DNA of 63,722 bases, counting the filler, from Conidiobolus incongruus B7586 (Eukaryota), in NCBI GenBank assembly GCA_000697335.1. It is 29 parts of 29 records of this genome, joined end to end, with 100 filler letters (N's around TTAATTAATTAA, not from the genome) between each part and the next. Parts side by side here need not be neighbours in the genome. Positions count along the whole stretch, not along the records: positions 36,774 to 43,407 come from JNEM01000562.1; positions 43,508 to 49,813 come from JNEM01000563.1; positions 49,914 to 55,865 come from JNEM01000564.1; 26 more parts are not named here. One strand, given 5' to 3'. This document shows positions 41,372-54,019 of the stretch, in pieces (position 1 is the stretch's first letter; each line of letters starts with the position of its first letter). The translations under genes and the position numbers were made by a program. The notes below the pieces were generated by a model. That model searched no databases and had not been told where the DNA came from. It saw only the letters and a program-made list of their open reading frames with translations.

Positions 41372-42499
41372 ATGCCATTGGAAGTACAATTCAATCAAGG
41401 AAGCAGCTTAACCGATGTTAAGGCTGTAGAAGTCCCTAAACCTCAACTCACTAAAGATGATCAAATTTTAGTTAAATATTTATTGAATTCAATCCATGAT
41501 TATGATATTTTAATTATTACTGGACAATATGGTTTGGTATATGATTCTTATCCAGTTGTACCTGGTGTAAGTGATTAATTTATGATTAATGTAAATTGAT
41601 TATATTAATATTGTATTTTAGTCTGAAGGTGTTGCCCAAGTTGTTGAAGTTGGAAAATCTGTCAAGTCAGGTAGGGCTCTAATTAATAATAAATCTTTTA
41701 GATTTAAATAAATTAATTAATTGGTAAACTAGTCAAAGTAGGTCAAAGAGTGGTTTATGTGACTGGCTTGGGTAATAATAGTCAAGAAAAAGCTGGTACC
41801 TGGAGAGATTATGCAATTTACACCGAAGATGAAATCTTAGTCGTACCTGAAAATCTATCTGACGAAGTCGCAGCGCAGGCCATTGGCAATCCAGTTACTG
41901 CCTACGCTTTGTTAGATAAGCTCAATATTCCCAAAGGCGAATATCTTTTACAAAGCGCTGCTGGTTCTGTTCTGGGTCGTGTTTTGATTCAATTTGCAAA
42001 ACGCAGAGGCATTAAAACCATTAATTTAGTTAGACGACAGGAACAAGTTGAAGAATTGAAAGCCATTGGAGCTGATGTGGTATTGAATACCCAAGATGGG
42101 ACCGACTTCATTGAGGAAATTAAACGAGTTACCAACGGAAAACTTGCATATGGTGCCATCGATCCAATTGGAGGTGACTTTGGCTTAAAGATTACCAAAG
42201 GCGTAAGAGACGATGGTACTATTCTCATTTATGGAGGATTAGGAGGATTAGAAACCAAAATCGATACCCTTGAACTAATTAATAGAAACGTTAATGTCTC
42301 TGGTTTTGAAATTTTCAAGCATTTTAGAACTCTTGGAAAGGAGAAATCGGTTGAAATGATCAACAAAGTATTCGAGATTTTGGGCGAAGGAGTTGAACTT
42401 CTTCCTGGTACCAAATATCCCTTGGAGAAATTAACTGAAGCTATTGAGCATTCATTAAAGCCAGGTAGAGGAGGAAAAATTTTGTTAATACACCGTTAA
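41372..42499 (+). CDS. Zinc-independent MDR oxidoreductase, 2-enoyl-thioester-reductase-like / quinone oxidoreductase (336 aa; exons 41372-41566, 41622-41670, 41733-42499)
   Basis: Introns 41567-41621 (GTAAGT..TAG, 55 nt) and 41671-41732 (GTAGGG..TAG, 62 nt) splice to give VPG-SEGVAQVVEVGKSVKS-VKVGQRV. Motifs: GTW, LLQSAAGSVLGRVLIQFAK.RGIKTINLVRR (NADPH-binding), GAD, GKILL. No Zn-ligand Cys. Confidence 0.93.
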
Positions 42500-42721
42500 A
42501 TCAGTCCTAAATTGAACATGTTTTATTATAATGATATTAAATAAACCTTTTATTACTAGAATTTAGCTATATTATTGATATTAAATATAAAATGATTAAA
42601 TATAGTTTTCGGTTCATATTATATGATTTAATATAGATTTTGAATATTAACTGATGTGAATAATAAAACCAAAATGATATTTAATATTAATATATTGATC
42701 ATAGTTACCTAACCCTTACTA

Positions 42722-43407
42722 TTATTATAATTTAAATAATGGGAATTTCTTGCAATTGAAAAAAAAATAAAAAATATAATACATAATTTATAAAAATAAA
42801 TATATAGTTTTAAATTTAATACTCTCATTTATTATTAAGAACTATTTATCATACTTCTAGCAAACTTTTAGTACCTAAAAAACATTATTTTCTATTAAAG
42901 ATTAAAATTTGATATTTCACAAATTAATTAAATTTTCCTATAAACTAATTTTTTAAATAACTAAATCAATTATAATCATATAAGTTATAATATAAATGAT
43001 ATATTTGATTTGGAAGTTTTTTCCAATTATTTATATTTAGTAAATTCCTTATAACTTTATGTATAATATAATTATCATATAAATTAATATTTTTTTTTCA
43101 AATTATATTAAAAATACCAATCAACAAAATTTTATTTAAATAAATATAAAGTTTATCATTAGTTGATTTTTATAATATTTAAATAAGAATAGTATATATA
43201 GTTATACTTTATTATTATAATTAATAGTTGCTTATAAAAAAATATTTACTTAAAGTAATTTATAAGAAAAATAAACTTAATTTTATATTTTAATATATAT
43301 TTCATTAAAAGATTAAATAACAAAATTTAATTTTTATTAATTATATTAATTTATTATAAAATCTTTGATTTTTAACTATATTTCAATAATTTCTATAATA
43401 ATAATAG
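42722..43407 (-). mobile_element. mariner A1 copy, old
   Basis: TIR-like TTATTATAATTTAAATAATGGGAATTT; collinear with 23827-24530; inserted ~220 bp downstream of the MDR gene. Confidence 0.75.
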
Positions 43408-46400
43408 NNNNNNNNNNNNNNNNNNNNNNNNNNNNNNNNNNNNNNNNNNNNTTAATTAATTAANNNNNNNNNNNNNNNNNNNNNNNNNNNNNNNNNNNNN
43501 NNNNNNNAATTAAAAAAATTAAAAAATAAAAATTCTTATTTTTTTGATTATAAGGTAATATTAAGTTTGAATAATATATATTATAAATTTTAATATCTAT
43601 TATATAAGAGCTATTTATTCAGAGAGTAAATCTGATATATTAAAATTACTTTAATTTATCACTATTAATTTTTTAGAATATTTGAAATATTAATTAATAT
43701 TTGATAATAATATAATATTATAACACTAGTATATTTAAAATTCATTAAATTTTTAGATTTTTATTTTTATTTTTTTATTATTTTAAAGCATTAATTTAAT
43801 AAAATTAAAATATTAATAATAGCTTATATTTACGGTTAATCATAATAGATAGCAAAAATATGATATAATCAAGTATAATATTATCTATAGTTCTATTATT
43901 TATTAAAAGGAATATTATTATATATTAATTCCCTCAAATTAAGGTTTGAAAATAATTTTTTCAATTATCAAATTTTATATTTTTAATAAAACAAAACCTC
44001 AGATCATAAATATATTTTTTATAATATATGATATCCCATAATGGAAGTATTAGGAATTTTAAATAAACATCATAGAACTTCTTATATAATCATAAATGGA
44101 CAACTCTAAATTACAAAAGAAAATTATAATTAATAAATCTGAATATTCATAAGATCAAATGATGGTCAATAAATATCAACAAATAATAATTATTTTCAAT
44201 TTATGATGTATTTTTTAATATTATTGATATAGGGGAATAATTAATTAATGGATTAATATGTATCATTTATCAAGAACTTAGTTTCTCCTAATTATACAAC
44301 CTAAATCAGATTTATTTTTCAAAATTCCTTAATATCAATATTATTAACAAAATTCCAATTAAAATCAGCGTACAAACTATTCAATAGTAAACATCATTTA
44401 TACAATATATATTATTATCATTAATGAATTACATATTAATTTAATTTTTTTACTTAATATTACTAATAATCTTAATCTAATTATTGAAATATAATAGTTA
44501 ATTTTATGTAAATGAACTTAATAGCTGATTTTAAAGATTTAACTATATTTTTATTATTGTATTTTAATTTGAAATTTAAATAATCTTCAATATATTCATA
44601 ATCATAAGAATAAATTTCTATTATATATCTTATCTATGAATATAAATTATTAATTATAGTTATGTCTTTTATATTATCTATATGAAAATGAAAATATTTA
44701 AATTATCCATTACATATAAAGCTTGAAATGATATTAAATATAATTAAATGATTAATTAAAAGATAAACTTTGATTGAATAATGAAGCAAATAATTTATTT
44801 TATAAATATCATATTATTTGGTGATTTATATATAGTGCTTATGATATAAAATAGCTAAGGACTTGAATTTAAATCAAAACGTTTAATCCTAAGGATGATA
44901 GCATATTTCAATTAATTCAAATAAGATTTATTAATTATAATAGCAAGTTTATTATTAGAAGTAACCTAATGGCTTAGAGTGATAATAACATTTGTATATT
45001 AATTTAGTAATTTTTATTACAAGATTGAATTTTTTAGTAACATAAATTAAAGATAAACTATATATTATTAATAATCAATAAAATTAAAAAATTTTTAATA
45101 TGGATTAATGAGTATAGTTGTTATAATGTGTTATATACTCATAAAGAAATAATTTGCTTAGAAATAAATAAAATATCAATTATTTTGATTTTTATTTAAA
45201 TTGAATAATCCTAAAATTTGGATTATTTCAACCTATAAATTAAATAGCAAACAAAGTTATTTATAATTGATATATAAGCCTATTTTAAGTTTTTAATATA
45301 TATTTCATTATATGACAAATATGTTTTTAATGTTATTAATAGACAATATTATCTAGAAATATAAATGAAATATCCCTTGACTTTAAGATTATAAACCCAA
45401 TAAAAGGTAAGGTATTAAAAATTATATAAAATTTAATGATATACAATAGATAACCTAATTCAACTTATTTTATTAACTTAGAATTTTTAAGTTTATAATT
45501 TTATTAAAACATTTTAATAAATTCCGAAAATAAGTATATTTTTTAAAATAATATTTAATATTTATAATGCTTTAATAAAGATAACAAATAATAAAAATAT
45601 GACTAGTGATTATATATAATATATTCTATTTGCTTTCTGCATTAACGAATAAAATATTTCTCTAATATTTATATAGTGAATGAATCTTAACATAATATAT
45701 GATGTTTTATTTATAGATATTATTTCTTTTGAATTACAGCATCTTGGTTATCGACTTAATTAATATAAGTAATATTTATACATATAATTTAATGAACACT
45801 AGCCAAATCATTTTTTACTTATTATATTGCCATTTTTATAAATACCCGAACATGGACTGTTGCCAATAATGTACAATAAAATTTTCGGTTTGAAGATGAC
45901 AATACATACTTTAAAATTGAAGATGGAAGTTCTATATTATTATTTCCAAAGCTAATAATTTTATTACTTGAATAGTAACTGTTGGAGATTCATATTAAAA
46001 ATATTAATTGATTATAATATTATAAAACAGATATAGTTAAGTCAATTTATATAATAATTTTAAAATATTAATAGTTTTTAATTAAAAATTATTTATAGAT
46101 TTTTAACAATGAAATGAAATTAATTAAAGATTCAATTGAATAATACTCTTAATAGGTTAAATTCTTAATATATAAAGGATTCATATTAAATTTGAACTAT
46201 TAATAATAGGTTTACCAATAATATATATAGATCCATAAATAATATTAATGTATACTCTATAAATATATATTGTAATTTTTTGATATTATTCAATTTGATT
46301 ATAACTTGAGTTTTTTAGCTTATATATTGGGTTTAAATGAAAAATCAAACAAAATATTAAAACTCAATATGTCACGTTCTTAAATTTTAAACTTGAAACT

Positions 46401-47304
46401 ATAAATGTTTATTTTGTAGAATGAATTTTTATATTAATTTCGAATGAATAATGAATATTGAATATTGAATAATTTGTAATTATGGTTTATTAATTTGAAA
46501 ATTTCAAAGATATTCAATCATATAACTTATAATGAGAGTGTTGGATAAATTTTCACAATTTTAGAAAATAATCATTAATCAAATAAAAAACCTTTCAATA
46601 TATCAAAGTATGGTTGTTGTCATTCAATTTTATAGAAAGATCTCCAATCAATTTACGTTAGATATATTTGAAAATATTGTCAATATTTGGTTTAAAGTAT
46701 TAAGATTTTGACTACTGATTGATGTAGATCAATATCCTTATTCAGCACTAGATAATATAAAAGTATCAAGTCTGTAATTGGTAAGATGAACTATATCATA
46801 TTAAGTGAAAGAACCTATTAAATAACTAGAGAATCAATATTTATTTTTTCTTATCAGTAATTCATTTATTAACTGAAATCGATCAGTGTAATTTAAATGT
46901 AATTATTAAATATACCAAATAGCAAATTGAAAATTGTCTGGTTAATCAAGTACATATGTTTGTGGAAGGTATAATAATATGTTTGTTTAAATAGAATTCA
47001 GATATTAATTAGTAATAATATATCTTGATTAGATTATAAAAGGGTTCTGGATTCATGTTGAGAAGTCATAATATCTGTTTCATTATATTGCATTCATTAA
47101 TATATATTAAATCAAATCATTATAATGATTTCAAGGGAAAATAGAATATTTAGTTAAATTATACAAAGGTCTTTACTTTGTGCTTATGGATGATAACTCC
47201 CTAAATTTACCAGTTCAGATTTAATATTTTATCACCATATAAATACTTTAACACTTGCTATATATTTAAATTAAACTTTGAATTCAATCAAAACTATTTT
47301 GATA

Positions 47305-48616
47305 TTAGTATAGAAATTAAATAATGGCATAATTTTGAAATTAAAATTAAACAAATAAATTAATAAATAATATATAAAATTAATTAATAATATATAATGA
47401 ATATCTTTTTTATTATTAATAACTTTTTGCTATACTTTTGGTAAGTTTTTAATATCTAAAAAATAGTTTTTTTTATTAAAGACTAAAATTTGATATTTTA
47501 CAAACTAATTTATTTTGTTTGCAAGAAGTTTTTTCTTATAAGCTATTTTTTTAATTGTTTAAAATAATTATAATCACATAGGTTATAATCAGGTAAATAT
47601 ACTAGATATGGTAACTCTCTTTAGTTTTTTTATATAAAAATTCTTTTATCATTTTAGCTTTATATATTTTATAATTATCATGCAAAATAATAAATATTTT
47701 TAAATTATATTAAAAATACCATTTAAAAATTGTTTTATTTAAAAAAATATTATATAATTTACTATTTATTAATTTTCCTTGAGGTATTAAATAAAAAAAC
47801 CATATAATAATATAATCTATTAAAACAATTAACATTCACTTATATTTAAAGTATTTGTTTATTAAAATTTATAAAGGGGATTAATTTAACTTAATTTAAC
47901 ATCTTATTTTACTTTTAAATAAAAGATAATATAAAAAAAATTAAGATTCATTAATTATAAATATTTGTTCCAAAAACCTCTGTTTTTAATTATACTTTAA
48001 TAAGTTTAATTTAACTATAGTTATTTTAGTTTTCTTTTAGGCTTTTGTTTAATTATAAGGTATTTATTTTATATTGCTATTAATTAAACCAAGTTTAAAC
48101 TTAAGTATATATAATATTCTTATATAATTAATATTAGATTATTTTGATAATTGTCTAAAAAAAATAAAAAGGTATTTCTTAATATATTTTTTTATTTTAT
48201 TAATAAATAAAATAATGATAATAGAAATTAATCTTTAAAATTATAGGAAATTTTGAATAATGTCCCTTTTAGTATTAAAATCATAAATCTAGCAATATAT
48301 AGTAGTTTTAAATAAAGCACCATCTTTATAAGCTGTTTATAAGCTTTAGATGATTTTAGAGTATTTGTGGTTAAGTTTTAAAGATACAAAAATAAAAACC
48401 TTTTAATAATCAATATTTAATTTAAGCATTATTAAATTTAAATATAAATCTTAAAATCAAAATATTTTAATAAAAAAATTAAAATTAAATATAAAAATAT
48501 AGTATGAAAATATTTATTTTCCTATATATTTTATATATAAAAAATCTTTCAAAATGTATAATATGTTTGAAAGATCAAAAATTAAAAAATTTGATATTTC
48601 TTAATTTTTATACTAA
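47305..48616 (-). mobile_element. Full-length mariner A2 (1312 bp) with TA target duplication
   Basis: TA|TTAGTATAGAAATTAA ... TTAATTTTTATACTAA|TA; minus strand reads ILHDNY and ELPYLVYLPDYNLCDYN. Confidence 0.88.
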
Positions 48617-49913
48617 TATTTTATAAAATTTTATTATAAATATTGTGTTATTTTATAGTGCTTTGGTTAAATTCAAGGTACCAAAATATAACAAATAATA
48701 ATTATAAAGGATAAAAAATTTTTATAATGCCAAATTAATATATAATTGAAATTTCTATAAAAAATTATATATTTTATTATATAATGCTTAGTTAAATAAT
48801 TATAATTTTGAATATAAATTCAGATAAAAATTGAAATATTTCATTTGGTTAACAAAGGTGAGTTTAAATATATATAGTTAAAATTATAGGATTTTCAGAT
48901 TAAGTATTCAGTTAGATAAGGACAAGGCCTTTAAGATAGTATTACTTAGTATAATAGATTATTAGCTCTGTGATTTTAAATAATTTGTTATTTTGGATTA
49001 TACTATTGAAATATAATTATTAATATTAGAATATCTATTTATTAAATATTTTTCAACTATTAAGTAAATTTATTTTATATTATTCATTTAAAGTAAGTAA
49101 AAACTATATTTTATATTATTTTGCCATAATATAATACTACTTGAAAAAAATTATATCATATATATTCTAGAAAATATATAAATCTTAATATGAAATTTGG
49201 TAGATATTTAAGTTTGGCATTTTAATGCTATAAATATATATAAACTATTCCTTTAAATTATATATCATGGAATTACAAAATACTAACATAATTATAAAGA
49301 TAGAGATTAATATTATATTTTTAAACTTATTAAACTATATCAATATATTTAAAATTCGTTAAGTGATATATAATCAGGCACCGACTTGAAGACAAATAAT
49401 GGATAATACTCCTTTTAAGTTTTCTTGAATTTTTACTATATAGATTACAAAACTATATTTTCTTGAATCTTTTTATTAATTTTATTCAATATTGGTTTAT
49501 AATTAAGATATTTGTTATTTAATATTTAAATTAAGGATTAAAAAATTCTTATTAATTATTAATTGAGACTTATTTTAAAATAAAATATTAATTAATATAT
49601 TGAATATATAGCTATATATTATTATTTGAATTTTGTTTTAATCAAAGAATTTATTTTTTGGATTATTTTATTTAAACTTTTTTAACTATTATAAATAATA
49701 TAAAAAAATCTAAATATTCTATTCTAATAATTTTGTAATTATTATTAAAAGTAAATATAAAGACAAATATTTACTTCAAAAATCATTATCAAATTATTAA
49801 AAAAATTATATAANNNNNNNNNNNNNNNNNNNNNNNNNNNNNNNNNNNNNNNNNNNNTTAATTAATTAANNNNNNNNNNNNNNNNNNNNNNNNNNNNNNN
49901 NNNNNNNNNNNNN

Positions 49914-50399
49914 CTTTTTAAACTTTAAGTTTTTATGGTATTTATTTTAAAATATTTATTTATTATACTAAGTTTGATCTTTAATTTTCAAAATATATTT
50001 ATATAAATTATATTAAAATATTTAATAATTTTTTAACCAAACCAAAAAGGTATTTTTTGATTTATAATTTTGTTTTATTAATAAATAAAAATTAACAATT
50101 ACAAATAATGATAAATAATATATTTAGATAAAATATCTTTATAAATAATTTAAAAGGATTATAAATAGGTTTTAATAATATTAAAATAAAAGACTTTTGA
50201 TAATTATTATTTAATGTAAATATAATTAAATTAAAAAATAAATTTTTAAAAAATAATTTATAATTATAAAAAGGATTATATATATATAGTATAAATTATA
50301 TATTCTCCTATTTACTTTGTGTAATATTTTTTGGAAATTAATAATATATCTAAAAAATCAGAAATTACAAAATTTCATATTTCTTCAATCTTAAAGTAA
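49914..50399 (-). mobile_element. mariner A1 5' remnant
   Basis: Reverse complement resembles 34321-34800 (TAATTTCTGATTTTT..ATATATTATTA; AAAGACTTTTGATAATTATTATTT). Confidence 0.6.
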
Positions 50400-50699
50400 T
50401 AATAATAATACTTGTTGAGTATATGAGTCATAAAATTGACACATTTTTATTAATAGATGATGCTTTAATAAAAATTAACTAATATTTTTATCTACCAGCC
50501 CCATGATAGAAAAAGATGAAAATTGTTGTCGCAATAAATGTCTCTCTAAGTTCATACTTATTCTTTAGTGTTATTATTGATTAAATCTTTATATTTTTAT
50601 TTGTGTGTAAAAAATGACTTCCAACCATATAAATTCCAATATGAATTTTAGCCATTCTGAAACTTATGGAACTGTAAACCAAGGAGTTTTACAACAATA

Positions 50700-51780
50700 C
50701 TATGATTAGATAAAATTGTTTTTAATTAATAAGGCTTATAAATATATTAATAAGGGTATAATATTTATTAAAGAAGGGAGTAGAATTAAAAGATTATATA
50801 ATAAATAGATATTAATTAATTAAAAATACATTAAATAGCTATTATCAGAAATAATTCATGATTAGAATGAATTTTAATTCGAAAATTAGTTTATATTATA
50901 TTATTGAAAATATTAAAATAATCAAATTATTATATTAAATTGATTGGGTATATCAAATATTGGTAGTTAATTTTAACAATGATGTTGAGATATAATTAAA
51001 TGCGAAAGTATTGGGAAAATAGACAATTTTCAAATTATATCATGACGCGATATTAAGGATGGGATAATTATTCAGATATTATTTAGAGAAAGAATGCAAG
51101 GTAAACTTAAAGAATATAAAAAATCTCACATATATAGTGATTTTTTGAATAAATAGTATATCCACATTCTGACTTTTATACCTATTTTGATATCATTAAA
51201 TTATCAATTCTATATTTGTTAAAAATTTAAATTTCTATTATATCAATTGTTACAAATTAGTAATGATTCTAGAAGGGTTAAATTATTTCGAAACCGGATT
51301 GGTCAAATAAATTCGTTGAATAGATACTTGTATAGAGAATACGAATTGCGACTTGGCATATTTTTACGAAACTATAGAGAACAAGTTATAAAAGTGTGAG
51401 AATAATTTGATTCAATTGTAAAATCGGTGGAAAAAGTAATGTCATATTTGACATCATCTGATAGCATACCTTGGTAATAGGTAATAATATATTCCTAAAT
51501 AAAATTCTATTATCTAAACATCATTAGTAAATATGGAAGGATACTAGTAGAATAGAAAGATTTAGAATCCTTAACAATGCTATATTAATAAACTTGAGTA
51601 AAAATTATTTCTAACAATCAGATAATAGTAAAAAGGTTGAATTCATTTCAGATTAACTAAATCAGAAAAATATTAGAAAATCCCAAATTTAGAAAATTAA
51701 TCATATCAAATTGTTTGAATTGAAAAAGAACATAGTTCTGATAATGGGGTTGAATGAGAGAGAATGTAAAATTGGGTAAT
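50700..51780 (+). pseudogene. Possible F-box/LRR-type gene relic
   Basis: KYIK*LLSEII at ~50825-50857 resembles *YIKRQAISEII at ~39870; broken coding-like stretches KNIKNLTYI, FVKNLNFYYINCYKL, LESLTM. Confidence 0.3.
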
Positions 51781-53020
51781 TTGAATTTGTTGGTGGTTTG
51801 TCTCTCCTCTAAATAATATTGACTACGTCACTTACTTTTAAGGGGAATCTGTATCAGCATTGAAATTGTTAAGATAAGAAGTAAATTAAATGTAAATATC
51901 AAATAGAAGATACATATATTGTGCCTTGACATACTTCTTTATAAAAGTATATACTCTTGATCATTACAATTATTTTACCTACTTTTCTACCTTCAATTGA
52001 TTGACATTAACAATATAAAATAAAATGGATATTACCTTATTTATCAAGAAAATGAATTGAAGATATCATCCGATAACAAAATGTTCTTTGAGTTTCTAGA
52101 AACTTGGATCACTTTCAACAGAATTTGGAGAAATTTAATTGGTTGTAAGATATAATTATCACATTCGCACCAAATTTACTATTGGCTGAATTTTGTGGTA
52201 AGTTAATTGGATAATGATCAAAAACACCTAAACTTGAAGGGTCCTCTAATAATTCAACATTAGTCATAGATTGTCTATTGGTAGCTTACATTTTCATTGT
52301 AACAGTATTAATTCAATGATAATAAAAATGTGCTTACTTGATTTTAGTTCAAAGTTTTAAACTATAATGAATACAACAACAGCTATAAAAAATATAAACT
52401 AATGTAATTAAATCTCAGGAGTTAAACGCGCCAAAGGTTGTTAAACTTGACTATAACATCTCTGAAAACTGGTAATTCTTTGCAATAAAAATACTATATA
52501 ATAATAAATTGACAAATAGTTCAAAAAATCTGAGGAGACATTTATATCCCAAGTTAAATTGAATAATATGTATAATTTTGGAAGTAAAATTGCTGAACAT
52601 ATTCTAAAAATAAAATGTGGTCGATTTTTGAAGGTTAAATTCTAATAAATTTTAGCTAAATGATATTCAATTGAAGAATTTATGGTTATATCTAATATAA
52701 TATCAAAATGAATTAATAATACCAAAACTTTAAACTCTCAATGATATCATTTGATAATTACATACAGATGTTTCGACAGATCTATAAACCAACATTAATA
52801 AGAGTATGATTATAATTGTAATATCAAAACAATTAGTAAAGCACCTACCAGTAACAAAGTGAATATGATATTTTAATAATATAAAATATACTGAATAAAA
52901 ATAATGGATTGAGTTTATAAAAATTATTTAATTGGACAGTTTAATTAATATACAATTGCTTATTAAAAGTTGAGATTATAGCGTTGAATTGGGGTCAAAA
53001 GAGAAGTAAATCCGCTTCTG

Positions 53021-53905
53021 TTAGTGTTTGAGATAAGTACTGAAAGGGTACCTATAGTATAATGTCGTGTCATGAGATTTGGGAGAGCAAAAAGCTTCTT
53101 TGAATGAAGGGAGTTTAGCATCGGAAGGCATCTGTAGCGATCTAATGGGAGGAAGCATATTAGATAAATCACACGAAAGTGCTGGTGAAGACATAAGAGA
53201 TGAGGTGGATGATTTTAAGTTCTTATCCTCCGAAGTCGTCATTGTTGGGTAAATAATTTTTGCCTTTTTAGCTGGAAAATTTTCATCCTGGTCAAGCTCT
53301 AAAACTCTTGATATTTTTGCTATGAGATGAAGCTGTTGATTTTGCTGCTCTTGAAGTCTTTTATTTTGCTCGAGTAGTTGAGCATACATGCTTTTCATTT
53401 CAGACAGCTCGCTTTCAAGCATTTGTACCTTGGCAAGAAGAAAGGCAGTATTATCCGAATCTGATGTATGTTTATCCTCGGTTTGAGGAGAAGTGGGTGC
53501 AGGGGAGCGCTTTGACCCGGAGTCACTATTTTTAGCAGGTCTGCGCTTAATGTTCACTAATAGCTCTGGGTGATCTCTTTGGAAGCAAGGATGCTTAAAA
53601 TCCCAATGATGAACAGCGTTTGTAGGAGAATAAAAAACGTCATTCACTTTATGAAAGCCATACATATTTAATTGTCTAACGAAACTTTGCCAATTGTTGT
53701 GCTTGTAATGCTTAGGAAGTACTGTCTTAGCAAAGTCATTAGGATTGTGAACTCGGAAGTAATCACCTTTTTTTGACCAGCTAATGAGAGAAGTCAAAGA
53801 TTCATCCTTCATAATATAGACGAGTTTCTCTAAGAACCCTGATAGGGACTTTGTAGGATTAGAAGATGAAGTATTATCAGTTGAGGTATTATTATTTGAA
53901 GACAT
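53021..53905 (-). CDS. HSF-type DNA-binding transcription factor (294 aa, intronless)
   Basis: HSF domain FLEKL...ISWSKKGDYF.V.NP..FAKTVLPKHYKHNNWQSFVRQLNMYGFHKV...WDFKHPCFQRDHPELL.NIKRR; heptad coiled coil (LLAKVQMLESELSEMKSMYAQLLEQNKRL); NLS-like PAKKAK; no receiver domain, so not Skn7. Confidence 0.95.
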   Translation of the reverse strand: MSSNNNTSTDNTSSSNPTKSLSGFLEKLVYIMKDESLTSLISWSKKGDYFRVHNPNDFAKTVLPKHYKHNNWQSFVRQLNMYGFHKVNDVFYSPTNAVHHWDFKHPCFQRDHPELLVNIKRRPAKNSDSGSKRSPAPTSPQTEDKHTSDSDNTAFLLAKVQMLESELSEMKSMYAQLLEQNKRLQEQQNQQLHLIAKISRVLELDQDENFPAKKAKIIYPTMTTSEDKNLKSSTSSLMSSPALSCDLSNMLPPIRSLQMPSDAKLPSFKEAFCSPKSHDTTLYYRYPFSTYLKH

Positions 53906-54006
53906 ATTGTGAGTTAAAAATTAGAACGAAAAGAAACAAATTGATAGCCAAAATCTCTCTCAGCAGCAAATAATTAATAATTTTCATGACACAATTTCTA
54001 TTTTGA

Positions 54007-54019
54007 TAACCTTCTAGAA
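54007..54019. promoter_or_regulatory. Imperfect heat-shock element upstream of the HSF gene
   Basis: tAAccTTCtaGAA ~105 bp upstream of the ATG; CCAAT/ATTGG boxes near 54192 and 54447. The TTCTAGAA core also occurs elsewhere in the window. Confidence 0.25.

Noticed and set aside
41989..42414. Two minus-strand ORFs (79 and 61 aa)
   Set aside because: Antisense shadows of the MDR exon 3.
52963..53172. 69-aa minus-strand ORF
   Set aside because: Alternative frame overlapping the HSF 3' end; no independent support.
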